Assembly: GCA_963804165.1 (NCBI GenBank)
Contig: CAWDPO010000011.1
Location: 51,759-83,758, forward strand
Length of the DNA stretch: 32,000 nucleotides
Source of the DNA: an uncultured delta proteobacterium
GTDB taxonomy: Bacteria; Desulfobacterota; Binatia; UBA9968
Direction of reading: 5' to 3'
A program made the position numbers and the translations under genes. Each line of letters begins with the position of its first letter. Within the stretch, counting starts at the first letter, position 1. This document shows, in pieces, positions 16,892 to 27,289 of the stretch. The notes beneath the pieces were generated by a model, which was not told the DNA's origin, did no database searches, and was given only the letters and a program-made list of their open reading frames with translations.

Positions 16892-16928
16892 CTCTCAATT
16901 CCTCCCGCGAATGTAGATCTTGACCATT

Positions 16929-18167
16929 TCAGTAGCTAACCGGCGTCGCATCGAAGGCGTCATCGGCGACAGCAGCGTGAACTTCATGATCCTCGTCGAG
17001 AGCGCCGATCAACAACTCGGCAAATCTTTCGACTACACGCTGCCAATCCAAAGAGGCGGCGTACTCGCGTGCCCGGCGCCGCATTTCCGCCAGCGATGGC
17101 GGTTCGTTGGCGAGCTTGGCCGCCGCTTCCACGAACGCTCGTGGATTTCCATTTGGTACTAACACTCCCGTCCTGCCGTCCGCGATGTGTGTCCGCGCCG
17201 CGGCGTAGTTGAAGGCAACGACGATCAGACCGCTCGCCATGGCTTCCAACGTCACGTTGCCGAACGTTTCCGTTTCGCTGGGGAAGAGAAAAATATCCGC
17301 CGAGGCGTAGCGCTTGGCCAGCTCTTCGCCTGTGTGTACGCCGCAGTAGATCAGGTCGGGATGTTTTTCCTGGAGGTTTGCGCGCAGCGGCCCGTCTCCA
17401 ACGAGCACAAATTTTACCCGGCTGCTGACCTGTTGCATGGCGCGGTAAGCCTCGATGGCGAGCGTCAAGTTTTTTTCCGCCGCGATCCGTCCGACGTAGA
17501 GCGCGACCCGATCCTGGTCCGTTGCCCGCCACATGCGCCGCACGGCGGCGGAGCGGCGGCCCGGATTGAACAGGCGGCTGTCCACCCCGCGACCGAGAAC
17601 GCTGACGTTTTTTATTCCCAGCGCTTGCAACCGATCACGCAGGTCAGGGCTGGCGACCAACGTGCCGTGCGCACGGTTGTGGAATTTGTGTAGGTAGCAG
17701 GCGATCAAGGGCCGCGACCATCCCGCATGATAATACCTGGAGTAGCTATCGAAGTTTGTGTGAAAGCCACTGAAGACGGGAATCTTCAGGCGCCGCGCGG
17801 CGCGCAGCGCAGACCAGCCGAGCGGCCCTTCAGTGGCTACGTACACGACGTCCGGACGACAAATCGACCAGCGCCGCCGCAGCGCTGCGCCGGATGGTAA
17901 ACCCAAGTGCAATCCCTGATAGCCAACCAGCGGTAAGCCGGGAACCAGCGTGTCCATCGAACGATCCTTGCGCTCCGCCGAGTCGCTATTCGATTGGCGC
18001 GGGCGGACCACAGATACCGCGTGACCGTGCAGGCGCAAACCCTCGACCAAGCGTGCCAAGGTCAAAGCCACGCCGTTGAGCTCAGGAGGATAAGTCTCGG
18101 TGACAATACAGAAATGGCGCCGACGGTTGGCGTCGTGATCGGACCAAGTTTGATGTGTTGTGCGCAT
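16929..18167 (-). CDS. GT4-family (GT-B fold) glycosyltransferase, SqdX/MgtA-like
   Basis: N-terminal VTETYPPELNGVA and C-terminal FLFPSETETFGNVTLEAMASG (E-x7-E) motifs. The listed ORF starts at a TTG (18251); the ATG at 18167 is more plausible. It ends 37 nt before the aminotransferase fusion. Confidence 0.85.
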   Translation of the reverse strand: MRTTHQTWSDHDANRRRHFCIVTETYPPELNGVALTLARLVEGLRLHGHAVSVVRPRQSNSDSAERKDRSMDTLVPGLPLVGYQGLHLGLPSGAALRRRWSICRPDVVYVATEGPLGWSALRAARRLKIPVFSGFHTNFDSYSRYYHAGWSRPLIACYLHKFHNRAHGTLVASPDLRDRLQALGIKNVSVLGRGVDSRLFNPGRRSAAVRRMWRATDQDRVALYVGRIAAEKNLTLAIEAYRAMQQVSSRVKFVLVGDGPLRANLQEKHPDLIYCGVHTGEELAKRYASADIFLFPSETETFGNVTLEAMASGLIVVAFNYAAARTHIADGRTGVLVPNGNPRAFVEAAAKLANEPPSLAEMRRRAREYAASLDWQRVVERFAELLIGALDEDHEVHAAVADDAFDATPVSY

Positions 18168-18488
18168 CACCACGTGGTCTGTATGGGCGTGATCGGTTAA
18201 CTTGTTAAAGAAGTAACGGGCCGGGCATAAAACCAATTTTCTTAGAGACAACTTAGTCGGGAAATGTGTCGGTTGAGTTACCGATGAACTAAGACTATGT
18301 AAACGCCGCGCGATTTCCGGGAATCAGATCGTCGGGTCTTTAACAGAAGTTTATCCAAACGTCGCGGTTATGTAACGTGTGTTGGAGATGAAGATCCATC
18401 AAATTTCAGAACGAAAGGATGGTCTCCATGAATCTTCATCAGCAACTCAAGCTAGCGCACGGGGTTTTGCGACGGAATATCGGGTGCG

Positions 18489-19748
18489 ATGTCGCCGCGC
18501 CAACCACAACACGAACGAAGCCTTTTCTCGGCGGCATCGTTGAACTGCTCATGCTACTCGCGGGTGCAGCGCCGGCTGGCGCTGATCCTCACGGCGATTC
18601 CCTGCCCAAGCCCCTGGTCATTGGCCCATCGCGGCGCTGCGGGTTATCTGCCCGATCACACACTGGAAGGATATGCGCTCGCCGTAGAGCTCGGCGCCGA
18701 TTTTATCGAGCCCGATCTCGTGGCGACCAAAGACGGCCACTTGATCGCGCGCCACGAGCCAAATTTGATCGCCACGACGGACGTAAGCAAGCGCGCGGAG
18801 TTTGCTGATCGCAAACGCATCGCGATCGTCGATGGGTTTCCCGAGGAAGGATTCTTTGCGTCTGATTTCACACTGGCTGAAATCAAGAAACTGCGCGCCG
18901 TGCAGCCGCTCGGATCCGAACGCCCGGTATATTTCGACGGTTTGTTCCAGATTCCGACATTCGAAGAAGTGATCGCTCTCGCGAAACGGAAGTCGAAAGA
19001 GCAGGGACGGACCATAGGCATTTACCCCGAAACCAAGCACCCCACCTATCATAAGAATCTCGGCCTGCCGTTAGAGCCCAGATTAGTAAAAATCTTGCGG
19101 GCCGAAGGCTGGGATAAATACGATTCGCCCGTGTTCATCCAGTCCTTCGAGCAAGGCAACTTGAAGGAACTGCGTAAGATGACGCGCAACAAGCTCGTCC
19201 AGCTGGTGGACGCCAACGACGTCAAGGACGACGGCACACTGGATTACACGGCGCCGTTTGACCGTCCCTACGACTGGACCGCTTCAAACGATCCGGCGCT
19301 CCTCAGCCGGACATTCGGATTCTTCGCGACCGATGCAGGCTTGAAGGAGATCAAGAGTTACGCGGACGGCATCGGTCCGTGGAAACGCTACATCGTGAGC
19401 TGCGTCGTAGCGAACCTAGCCGGTCCCGGCGAGGCAAGCCGCACGTTGTTGCCGGCTAACGATCTGATCGATCGCGCGCACAAGGCCGGCCTCCTAGTCC
19501 ACACCTGGACCTTTCGCAATGAACAGCGCCGTTTGGTAAGCGATTATGCCGGCAATCCGGTGGAAGAATACTTGCAGTTTTATGATCTCGGCATCGACGG
19601 CGTGTTCTCCGATTTCCCCGATACCGCAGTCGCTGCCCGGGTTTTATTCAAGATCGACGAGCCCGGTTTTGCCCGTTGCTTTACTGAAGGATCTGGCAAA
19701 CAAAACTCTAAGCACTTTGACATCACGCAATGTTTCAATCTCGAATAG
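18489..19748 (+). CDS. Glycerophosphodiester phosphodiesterase (GlpQ-like, probably exported)
   Basis: [46 protein letters not shown] closely resembles the GlpQ catalytic N-terminus. The start is uncertain; an internal GTG or TTG giving M(Q)[11 protein letters not shown]... would make a better signal peptide. Confidence 0.9.
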   Translation: MSPRQPQHERSLFSAASLNCSCYSRVQRRLALILTAIPCPSPWSLAHRGAAGYLPDHTLEGYALAVELGADFIEPDLVATKDGHLIARHEPNLIATTDVSKRAEFADRKRIAIVDGFPEEGFFASDFTLAEIKKLRAVQPLGSERPVYFDGLFQIPTFEEVIALAKRKSKEQGRTIGIYPETKHPTYHKNLGLPLEPRLVKILRAEGWDKYDSPVFIQSFEQGNLKELRKMTRNKLVQLVDANDVKDDGTLDYTAPFDRPYDWTASNDPALLSRTFGFFATDAGLKEIKSYADGIGPWKRYIVSCVVANLAGPGEASRTLLPANDLIDRAHKAGLLVHTWTFRNEQRRLVSDYAGNPVEEYLQFYDLGIDGVFSDFPDTAVAARVLFKIDEPGFARCFTEGSGKQNSKHFDITQCFNLE

Positions 19749-19995
19749 TTCGCGATTGAAAGATTCATGCACGTTTGATCTTGATGAGGAGAACGTTGCG
19801 AGACGTGGCGGAGGTGCATTTGTCCGTTACGGTCTGAAGGAATTTGCCTTTGTCATTGTCCGGCTTTTTCCCTAAGTTAGAGTGGCAGTTATTCGCATGG
19901 TTGTTGATATGTCGCGTTTGTAAGGAGGATATTGGTCCGTCAGCGGCTGGCATAGTCTTTGATTCTGCATCTTTCTAAAGAAAGGAGTAGAAATC

Positions 19996-20679
19996 ATGAA
20001 CCCATTAAATCGATGCCGGCTCTCGTATGTTTTCCCGGTTGCCGTACTCGCGACCGGACTGACTTGGTTGGCTGGCTGCGTTCCATTGGAGACGGTCCAA
20101 AGACCGAGCTTGCCCGAGGTCCGTTCCGGTATTGCGCGAGGTCCATCCGCGGAGGACACAAGACTACGACCGGGTGAAATCCAGGGAGAAGTCGATGCCG
20201 TCGACCGAGCCAGACGTGAGATTCGAGTGATCGCGGAAGACGGTCGCAGCAACGTGTTGCGTTATGACGTCGACCGTACCAGAGTCACTTACCACGGCTG
20301 GGATTATGCTGTGGCCGACCTTGAGGCGGGCGATCGCATTGCGTACCAATCGGTACCGCGCAGTAGCGCATACGTCGAAACCATACGCGTCCTGGAACCG
20401 GTGCAAGCCCGGTCGGCTCCGAGCATTGCACGGCCCGGTCCAGCGCGACCTCGACCGGACATCGTCGAAGGCACAGTGGACCGAGTGGATCATAGTCTCG
20501 GCGTATTCGACATCAGACCGCGCACGGGCCGAACCGTTACAGTCTCCGTTCCCTACAATGCCAGGGCAGCCGACGTTGACAACTTCCGCGCTTTGCGTCG
20601 CGGCGATCCGGTGCGAGTCGAGGGTGAGTTCGTGAGCCCGGACAGCTTTCAACTTCTAGCCTTTCTATCGTCGCGATAA
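19996..20679 (+). CDS. Lipoprotein of unknown function with two internal repeats
   Basis: ATG after AAAGGAG. Lipobox LAGC. Two related ~60-aa segments (GEVDAVDRARREIRVIAEDG... and GTVDRVDHSLGVFDIRPRTG...). Confidence 0.75.
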   Translation: MNPLNRCRLSYVFPVAVLATGLTWLAGCVPLETVQRPSLPEVRSGIARGPSAEDTRLRPGEIQGEVDAVDRARREIRVIAEDGRSNVLRYDVDRTRVTYHGWDYAVADLEAGDRIAYQSVPRSSAYVETIRVLEPVQARSAPSIARPGPARPRPDIVEGTVDRVDHSLGVFDIRPRTGRTVTVSVPYNARAADVDNFRALRRGDPVRVEGEFVSPDSFQLLAFLSSR

Positions 20680-21062
20680 TTGCCGAGTAATTTCGAGCGC
20701 GGGCTGGCCGCGACCTATCGCTGAGACCACGGGCAGCTCGCGCAAACCGATCACGCCTCGACCGTCGCCTTCATTCGCGTGAAAATCCTTTCAGCGCTAG
20801 AGCGCGCAGAGTGACACTTGCTCGGAGCTGTCATCCTGGCCAAGTGAAGGAGGATCTCGCTTACTTCCTGCCTAACGATTCCACTCGTTTGACACGACGC
20901 TTGCTCTTCGGCTAGCGTCCGTCGACACATCATCGAGGGCAAGCTTGATCAACATTAGCCGATCATTCGCGACTCTGAAGTTCATGACGGCCAGCATCGC
21001 GGGTACCCAGTGCAACGAATTGAGCGACGTGAATCGAACTCAACGTCTCCCTATGGCGATTC

Positions 21063-22568
21063 ATGCTTGATTCTCTGGCCAGCCTGGCCTTCGGTTTTTC
21101 GGTTGCCCTACAAGCGCAAAATCTTTTTTATTGCTTCATCGGGGTAACAATGGGGACCCTGGTTGGGGTTCTCCCCGGACTGGGTCCGACGGTGACGATT
21201 GCGTTGCTCCTGCCGGCCACCTTCCAACTCAATCCTGTTTCTGCCATTATCATGCTCTCGGGCATCTGTTATGGCGCCATGTACGGCGGCTCGACGACTT
21301 CGATCTTACTCAACATCCCCGGCGAAGCAGCTTCAGTGGTGACCTGCCTTGATGGCTATCAAATGGCCCGTCAAGGCCGCGGCGGTCCGGCTCTTGGAAT
21401 CTCGGCCTTCGGCTCCTTTATCGCGGGGACCATCAGCATCTTCGGCCTAGTCTTTCTCGCGCCGACCTTGGCCGAGCTTGGCCTCAAGTTCGGCCCGCCG
21501 GAGTACTTTGCCCTCATGGTCATGGGATTGACGGTCGTTGCGTACCTCGCGCGTAGGTCCATGGCTAAAGCTCTCGTGATGACTGTGTTCGGCATTGTTC
21601 TCGGATGCATCGGTTTAGATCCGGTGACTGCGACGCCGCGTTTTACTTTCGGCATGCTCGGGCTCGCCGACGGGATCAGTTTGCCGGCGATGGTCATGGG
21701 ACTGTTCGGCATCGCCGAAGTTTTAGAGAATCTCGGCGTGCGCGCCAAGGCAGAAGTTTATTCCGGGAAGATTCAAGGACTCTTTCCCGACCGGGAAGAC
21801 TGGCGGCGATCCGCGGGACCGATAGCGCGGGGCTCTCTTTTGGGATTCTTTCTCGGCCTGGTGCCCGGCGTCGGCGCGATCGTGCCGCAGTTTTTGAGCT
21901 ACGCGTTGGAAAAAAAGCTCTCGGCCCATCCAGAGCGTTTCGGCAGCGGGGAAATCGAGGGTGTCGCGGCACCCGAAGCGTGCAATAACGCCGCCATGGG
22001 CGGAACTTTCATTCCGCTCTTGAGTCTGGGTATTCCTTCGAGCGCCACCACCGCCGTGCTGCTCGGCGCTTTGATGATCTACGGCCTGACCCCCGGACCT
22101 TTGCTGATCAAAAACTCGCCGGATCTTTTCTGGGGTGTCATTGCGAGCATGTATATCGGTAATGCGCTGCTGTTGGTTCTTAACCTGCCGCTTATTCCTC
22201 TGTGGGTGAAAATTTTGCAGATCCCCTATGCTTACCTCGCGTCTTTTATTATTTTGTTCTGCTTGATCGGCGCCTATAGTCTCAACAACAGCACCGCGGA
22301 TATTTTTGTTGCCGTCCTGTTCAGTTTGATCGGGCTATTGTTAAAAAAATTTGATTTCGAGCCGGCGCCTTTGGTGCTGGCTTTTGTTTTGGGTCCCATG
22401 CTCGAGACCGCTCTAAGGCGCTCCCTGATATTATCGGACGGCAGCTTTGAGATCTTTCTCACGCGACCGATATCGGCCGCTTTTATACTGTTGGCTCTGG
22501 TTGCATTGACGGCGCCGCTGCTTGGCAAGAAGGTGAGGGTGGGACGTGGACTCAGTGAAGAAGATTAA
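21063..22568 (+). CDS. tctA: Tripartite tricarboxylate transporter, large permease TctA
   Basis: 501-aa polytopic protein with the N-terminal GVLPGLGP and IPGE motifs typical of TctA. Confidence 0.9.
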   Translation: MLDSLASLAFGFSVALQAQNLFYCFIGVTMGTLVGVLPGLGPTVTIALLLPATFQLNPVSAIIMLSGICYGAMYGGSTTSILLNIPGEAASVVTCLDGYQMARQGRGGPALGISAFGSFIAGTISIFGLVFLAPTLAELGLKFGPPEYFALMVMGLTVVAYLARRSMAKALVMTVFGIVLGCIGLDPVTATPRFTFGMLGLADGISLPAMVMGLFGIAEVLENLGVRAKAEVYSGKIQGLFPDREDWRRSAGPIARGSLLGFFLGLVPGVGAIVPQFLSYALEKKLSAHPERFGSGEIEGVAAPEACNNAAMGGTFIPLLSLGIPSSATTAVLLGALMIYGLTPGPLLIKNSPDLFWGVIASMYIGNALLLVLNLPLIPLWVKILQIPYAYLASFIILFCLIGAYSLNNSTADIFVAVLFSLIGLLLKKFDFEPAPLVLAFVLGPMLETALRRSLILSDGSFEIFLTRPISAAFILLALVALTAPLLGKKVRVGRGLSEED

Positions 22569-23016
22569 AAGAACGCTCGACACGGTCGGCGCGCTTTTCT
22601 GGTTTGTCTTGGCACTGGCAATATGTTACCGAGCCAGCTTACTCGGCATCGGCAGCGCCAGCGAGCCGGGCTCCGGGTTTATCTTTTTTTGGTCCGGAGT
22701 GATCATGGCATTTCTCGCGCTGCTGATTTTTGCCGATTCTCTGCGGGTAGGCGGCGAAGATGGCGCGAAGTTTATTGGAATAAATTGGCCGAAAGTGTTG
22801 CTCGTTCTGGGGGCTATCCTCCTATATGGACTTTTACTGGAAAAGGTCGGCTTCGTCTTGACAACCTTTGCGCTGATGAGCTTTCTACTTTGGATCAGCG
22901 ACGATACGAAGTGGCCGATTGCCCTCGCTGTTGCAGGTGCCGCCGCGTTGGGCAGTTTCGCGCTATTCGACCTTTGGTTACAGATCAGGCTTCCCAAAGG
23001 GATCTTCGGCATTTGA
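22546..23016 (+). CDS. tctB: Tripartite tricarboxylate transporter, small permease TctB
   Basis: 156-aa protein with four transmembrane helices, overlapping the tctA end by 23 nt and followed by tctC. Confidence 0.75.
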   Translation: MDSVKKIKRTLDTVGALFWFVLALAICYRASLLGIGSASEPGSGFIFFWSGVIMAFLALLIFADSLRVGGEDGAKFIGINWPKVLLVLGAILLYGLLLEKVGFVLTTFALMSFLLWISDDTKWPIALAVAGAAALGSFALFDLWLQIRLPKGIFGI

Positions 23017-23034
23017 CTCGAAACGGAGGAAACC

Positions 23035-24021
23035 ATGCGGTCGTCAGACAAAAGAATTTTGCTCATCTTAACTCTGGTTCTGGGTATTTCTTTGTTGCCG
23101 GCGATGGCTCGGGCGCAGGACAAATATCCCTCCCGGCCGATCGAAATGGTCGTCGCCTTTCCGGCGGGCGGCTTCGCCGATCTGACGGGAAGGATCTTCG
23201 CCGACGAAATGTCGAAGCTGCTCAACGTTACTTTTGCTCCCGTGAACAAAGGCGGAGCCACCGGCAGTCTCGCCGCCAGTGGTGTCCTGCGCGCGCCCAA
23301 GGACGGCTACAATCTGCTCGTCAATACCCTGGGGGGCATGGTGCTGGCGCCGATCGTCCTGAAAGATGTCGCCTACGATGCCCAGAAGGATTTTTATCCG
23401 GTTGCGTATATTACTTCCGCGCCGGACGGGCTTACGGTGCGCGCCGACTCTCCGTTCAAATCTATTCATGATTTGATCGACGCGGCCAAAAAGAACCCGG
23501 CAAAATTATCCTACGGCACGGCGGGGACCGGAGTCGGGGGTCACTTCAACGCGGCGATCTTTGCGCACAGCGCCGCTATCAAAATTAAACACGTGCCGTT
23601 CAAAGGCGGCGGCGAGTATGTTCCATCGCTCTTGGGAGGACACATCGATTTCGTCGTCGGCACCGCGATCGCTACGCTGCCCCAAGAGCAGGCGGGCAAA
23701 CTGAGAACTTTGGCGTTTCTTAGCGACAATAAAATGCCCGCTCTACCCGGCGTCTCGACGGCTTCTCAACTCGGTATCAAGGGAGATTTTCTCGATAGCT
23801 GGGCGGGTTGTTTCGTCGCGACGGGGACACCGAAGGCCGCGATCGACGCGCTCGTGACCGCCGCCGATAAAGTGCTCAAGTCCAAACCGTTCGCCGAACG
23901 GATCGAAAAGACCGGCGGCATCGTGCAGTACCTTTCGCCGTCTCAGTTTCAGTCGATGATCGAGAAAAACAAAAACAGCGCCATGGAAACAGCCAAGAGG
24001 GAGGGGCTGCTACCGCAGTAA
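23035..24021 (+). CDS. tctC: Tripartite tricarboxylate transporter substrate-binding protein (Bug/TctC family)
   Basis: ATG after GGAGG, followed by a signal peptide. YPSRPIEMVVAFPAGG..D...R and the ~325-aa length are typical of the Bug family. Confidence 0.9.
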   Translation: MRSSDKRILLILTLVLGISLLPAMARAQDKYPSRPIEMVVAFPAGGFADLTGRIFADEMSKLLNVTFAPVNKGGATGSLAASGVLRAPKDGYNLLVNTLGGMVLAPIVLKDVAYDAQKDFYPVAYITSAPDGLTVRADSPFKSIHDLIDAAKKNPAKLSYGTAGTGVGGHFNAAIFAHSAAIKIKHVPFKGGGEYVPSLLGGHIDFVVGTAIATLPQEQAGKLRTLAFLSDNKMPALPGVSTASQLGIKGDFLDSWAGCFVATGTPKAAIDALVTAADKVLKSKPFAERIEKTGGIVQYLSPSQFQSMIEKNKNSAMETAKREGLLPQ

Positions 24022-24263
24022 GAATAGTTTCAGAATGATTCACGCGAAAAAACAGATTTCCAGGTGATTCTGTCTATGAGGGAAATAACTTGCCATCGCA
24101 TGATTCGGTGCTGATCTCACGGAGGAACTGTGGACGATCCAGACAGAAATCTTAGTGGTGAGGCGCAACCTTGAGTATATTTTCGAAGTAAGCCGTCGGG
24201 CGAACCACAAATATGAAAATTTTCTTGGCCGCGCGCTTGTGACGTGTTAGTCTCCGAGGAGAA

Positions 24264-24989
24264 ATGGTTCCAAAGAAAATTTTTTACACCAAAGGAGTCG
24301 GGGTTCATAAGGAAAAGCTGGCTTCTTTTGAAATGGCGCTGAGGGTTGCCGGCCTGGCCCACTGTAATTTGGTCCTGGTTTCGAGCATCTTTCCGCCAGA
24401 CTGCAAGATTGTTCCCAAGGAGGAAGGCTTAAAGCTGTTACGACCCGGCGAGATCGTATTTGCCGTTTATGATCGAGAAAGTAACAACGAGCCGAATCGC
24501 CTCATTGCAGCTTCGGTCGGCGTGGCGATCCCCGCAGATTCGTCCGTGCATGGGTATCTTTCCGAGCATCATTCGTTTGGTGAAACGGACGAAAAAGCCG
24601 GCGAATATGCCGAAGACCTTGCCGCTAGCATGTTGGCGACCACCTTGGGGATCGAATTTGATCCTGAATTGGATTGGGACGAGCGAGAGCAGATTTTTAA
24701 GATGTCGGGAAAGATCGTCCGTACCACCAATATCACTCAGTCTGCGGTTGGCAATAAGGATGGTCTCTGGACCACGGTGTTTGCAGCTGCGGTTTTTATC
24801 AATGACGAAAGCCTATCTTTTGACATCGGAAAGTCCGTCACTGTTAGCAATAAGGCTCCGCTTCAGGAAGAAGTCTTGAGGCAAACGTTACAGAGCCAGT
24901 CTAAAACGATCCAAGCCAACGACAAACTAGCGCAGCGTAACATAGAGCAGCCTAGACTCGCTCCGGCGACAAAAAAGAGCCTTTCGTAA
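24264..24989 (+). CDS. pdaD: Pyruvoyl-dependent arginine decarboxylase with a ~60-aa C-terminal extension
   Basis: [45 protein letters not shown] contains the family's self-cleavage Ser-Ser site. ATG after GAGGAG. The Q/S/K-rich tail beyond ~aa 180 is not part of the family as I recall it. Confidence 0.85.
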   Translation: MVPKKIFYTKGVGVHKEKLASFEMALRVAGLAHCNLVLVSSIFPPDCKIVPKEEGLKLLRPGEIVFAVYDRESNNEPNRLIAASVGVAIPADSSVHGYLSEHHSFGETDEKAGEYAEDLAASMLATTLGIEFDPELDWDEREQIFKMSGKIVRTTNITQSAVGNKDGLWTTVFAAAVFINDESLSFDIGKSVTVSNKAPLQEEVLRQTLQSQSKTIQANDKLAQRNIEQPRLAPATKKSLS

Positions 24990-25192
24990 ACTCCTTCTAC
25001 TTACGTTCTAAGTCGTTTGACTTTGAGAATTCTCAAGGTCGAAAAGGTTCTGAGCAAGAAGCTAAGCCGTTAACCTATTGGATTGCTGTGCAGCCCGCTG
25101 TTCGGCGAGAAGTTGCGTCAAGAAGTACCAAGAGAATCGTGCTAGCGTGATTTCGCAAGGCGGTAAACCGGAACCGATCGAAGAGATGACCT

Positions 25193-25777
25193 GTGGCTAG
25201 GAACGAGCAAACAGTTTATTTATTGCGCCATGGGGAGACCGAGTGGAGTCTCAATGGACAACACACCGGCGTCACCGATATTCCACTGACCGAGAACGGC
25301 CGCAGGGCCGCGCGCCTCCTCAAAACCATTCTAGCCAAGGTGACCTTTGCATTGGTCCTCACCAGTCCGCTCCAGCGCGCTCGCGAAACCAGCGAGTTGG
25401 CCGGGCTTGGCCAACTCGCTAACGTCGAGCCCGACTTAATCGAGTGGAACTATGGCGAGTACGAGGGACTCAAGACGGAACAAATCCGCCTGACGAGACC
25501 CGCTTGGTCGGTGTTTCGAGACGGCTGCCCCGGCGGCGAGACACCGGAGCAGGTGGGCGCGCGCGCCGATCGCGTCATCACGAAGGTTCGCGCCGCAGAG
25601 GGAGACGTTGCCCTATTCGCGCACGGCCATATCCTGCGCGTTCTCGCGGTGCGCTGGATCAACCTATCGCCAGGCTATGGCGAGAACTTCTTGCTCGACA
25701 CGGCGACCCTGAACGTCCTCGGTTACTACCGCGAGTCTCCAGCCTTCAAGATTTGGAACGCGCCGCTGGCGCGCTGA
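25193..25777 (+). CDS. Histidine phosphatase family protein (phosphoglycerate-mutase-like)
   Basis: The LLRHGETEWS catalytic RHG motif and a later HGH motif. 194 aa. Confidence 0.85.
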   Translation: MARNEQTVYLLRHGETEWSLNGQHTGVTDIPLTENGRRAARLLKTILAKVTFALVLTSPLQRARETSELAGLGQLANVEPDLIEWNYGEYEGLKTEQIRLTRPAWSVFRDGCPGGETPEQVGARADRVITKVRAAEGDVALFAHGHILRVLAVRWINLSPGYGENFLLDTATLNVLGYYRESPAFKIWNAPLAR

Positions 25778-25803
25778 ACGTCGAACATAGACGTTGCTCA
25801 GCC

Positions 25804-26496
25804 TCATCCTTCCAGCGCCAATCTAACGGCTTCGTTTACGTGAAGTGCCATCGTATCGAACAGCCTGACCGGGGTATCTTCAACGTGAATAAGTAAGGGG
25901 AGCTCCGTACACGCAAGGACCACCGCTTCTGCGCCCGCTCGTTGGAGATCCAGAATCATTGCTTTAATCTTTTGTTTGGATTCGGGAATCAGCTTTCCCG
26001 CGCACAGCTCGTTAAATATCACGTTGTGGACATAGTCGCGCGCTACCCGGTCGGGGACCACAACATCTATTCCCCTAGCGCGAAACCGTTCCTTATAGAA
26101 ATCCTGTTCCATCACGAAACGGGTGCCCAAAAGGCCAACCCTGGAGATCTCAGCCTTGGTGACCTCCTCCGCAGTGACATCGGCGATGTGCAACAACGGG
26201 ACGTGGATCGATCGCTGCACTGCATCCGCGACCTTGTGGGCTGTATTCGACGCCATGATTGCAAACTCCGCGCCGGCTTTTTCAACGCGGGCAATTGCGT
26301 CAATTAGAATTGTCGCTAGTTCCTCCCAACGTTCCTCCAGTTCGAGTTGTGCGGCTCGCTGGAAATCCATGCTGTACATGACCAGCTCTGCGGAATGAGC
26401 CGGCCCTAATCTTGATTTGATGCTCTCATTGATCAAACGGTAATACTCGGCTGAGGACTCCCAGCTCATGCCGCCAATAATGCCGATGGTTTTCAT
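25804..26496 (-). CDS. Aspartate/glutamate racemase family protein
   Basis: MKTIGIIGGMSWESSAEYYRLINE... and VLACTELPLL are hallmark motifs. The true start is the ATG at 26496 after GGAGAG. The listed 304-aa ORF extends spuriously upstream into the MITE-like repeat. Confidence 0.85.
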   Translation of the reverse strand: MKTIGIIGGMSWESSAEYYRLINESIKSRLGPAHSAELVMYSMDFQRAAQLELEERWEELATILIDAIARVEKAGAEFAIMASNTAHKVADAVQRSIHVPLLHIADVTAEEVTKAEISRVGLLGTRFVMEQDFYKERFRARGIDVVVPDRVARDYVHNVIFNELCAGKLIPESKQKIKAMILDLQRAGAEAVVLACTELPLLIHVEDTPVRLFDTMALHVNEAVRLALEG

Positions 26497-26514
26497 GGTT
26501 CTCTCCGTTCTTGT

Positions 26515-26721
26515 CCAGTGTCCTGTCTCAGAAGGTTTGCGACATAATTCTCGCGTCATTCCGTCGGAAAATCTCCCCTTCCCCTCTTTGGCAAAGAGGG
26601 GTGAGAATCGCACGGAGAAAATTCCCCCTTTGAAAAAGGGGGACAAAGGGGGATTTGAGTTCAACTTCAGAGGCTGCCATCGTTTGGACTTTTTAAACGA
26701 ACTTCTGAGACGCCACACTAG
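26515..26721 (+). mobile_element. MITE-like non-coding element, copy B (~205 bp)
   Basis: Same orientation as copy A (9084..9274) and alignable with it. It carries two perfect hairpins, cccctctttGGCaaagagggg and ccccctttGAAaaaggggg, and ends in ACACTAG. It is followed by two AGCA(A/G)CCTNC motifs (26838, 26862) like the one preceding copy A (9064). Confidence 0.7.
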
Positions 26722-26878
26722 CAGTCTACTGAAAAAGACTCATAGGCTTCGTTGCGCTCAATCGCCTCGCGTCAAGGTACTGCCGATGTACGCCTCCGCT
26801 CCCCGATTTTTCGCGCGCCTCGCCTCTAAGTCTTTTTGAGCAGCCTGCAATCCGGGTTTTCAGCAACCTACTGGAACC

Positions 26879-27133
26879 CTAAGACAGACGTGTTACGCGA
26901 GTGAAAAATCCCGGAATAAGACAGATGAAAAACTTTTTCAGATATCGTTTGGCGCGCCCTGTTGAGGCGCCGTAACGCTGACGCCACTCTTCCTGCGCCC
27001 ACAGCTCCCGCTGCACTCTCATGCGATCCGCCCTGGTTAAGCGTTGCTCACAGACCGGGCCACGGCAGCAGCGACAGATCAGAGAGAGGCCGCAATCCTC
27101 TGTGTGAAATAAATGGTTCATGGTCAGTTCCAT
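26879..27133 (-). CDS. Small Cys-rich hypothetical protein (84 aa), divergent from the MocR gene
   Basis: The ORF has a CGLSLICRCCRGPVC cluster and a hydrophobic C-terminus. The RBS is weak and the family is not recognised. Confidence 0.35.
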   Translation of the reverse strand: MELTMNHLFHTEDCGLSLICRCCRGPVCEQRLTRADRMRVQRELWAQEEWRQRYGASTGRAKRYLKKFFICLIPGFFTRVTRLS

Positions 27134-27289
27134 CGATCCGGATGGAAATTAACCACTATCCGCATTAGAGTACAGATTCAGTTACATGAAATTAGAACCA
27201 TAACAGTTTTAATTTCTTGCAACTGTACCGGCGCAGTTTCACCACTGCTGTATCTGCCAAAAAAGCGAAGGGAGCGTTAGTATCGGCTC

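Noticed and set aside
18252-18488. Pho-box-like or other operator repeats in the GT4/GlpQ divergent region (TATGTAAACG at 18296 and TATGTAACG at 18368).
   Set aside because: There are only two short copies, 72 bp apart, with no match to a Pho-box consensus I can state. This is too weak to call without a genome-wide motif analysis.
18600-18640. Possible frameshift at the N-terminus of the glycerophosphodiesterase. The alternative frame reads ...KPLVIG, which looks like the conserved segment before HRGA.
   Set aside because: The listed frame already gives ..[16 protein letters not shown], which matches the GlpQ consensus (I-A-HRGASGYLPEHTL) better. No shift is needed; only the start codon is uncertain.
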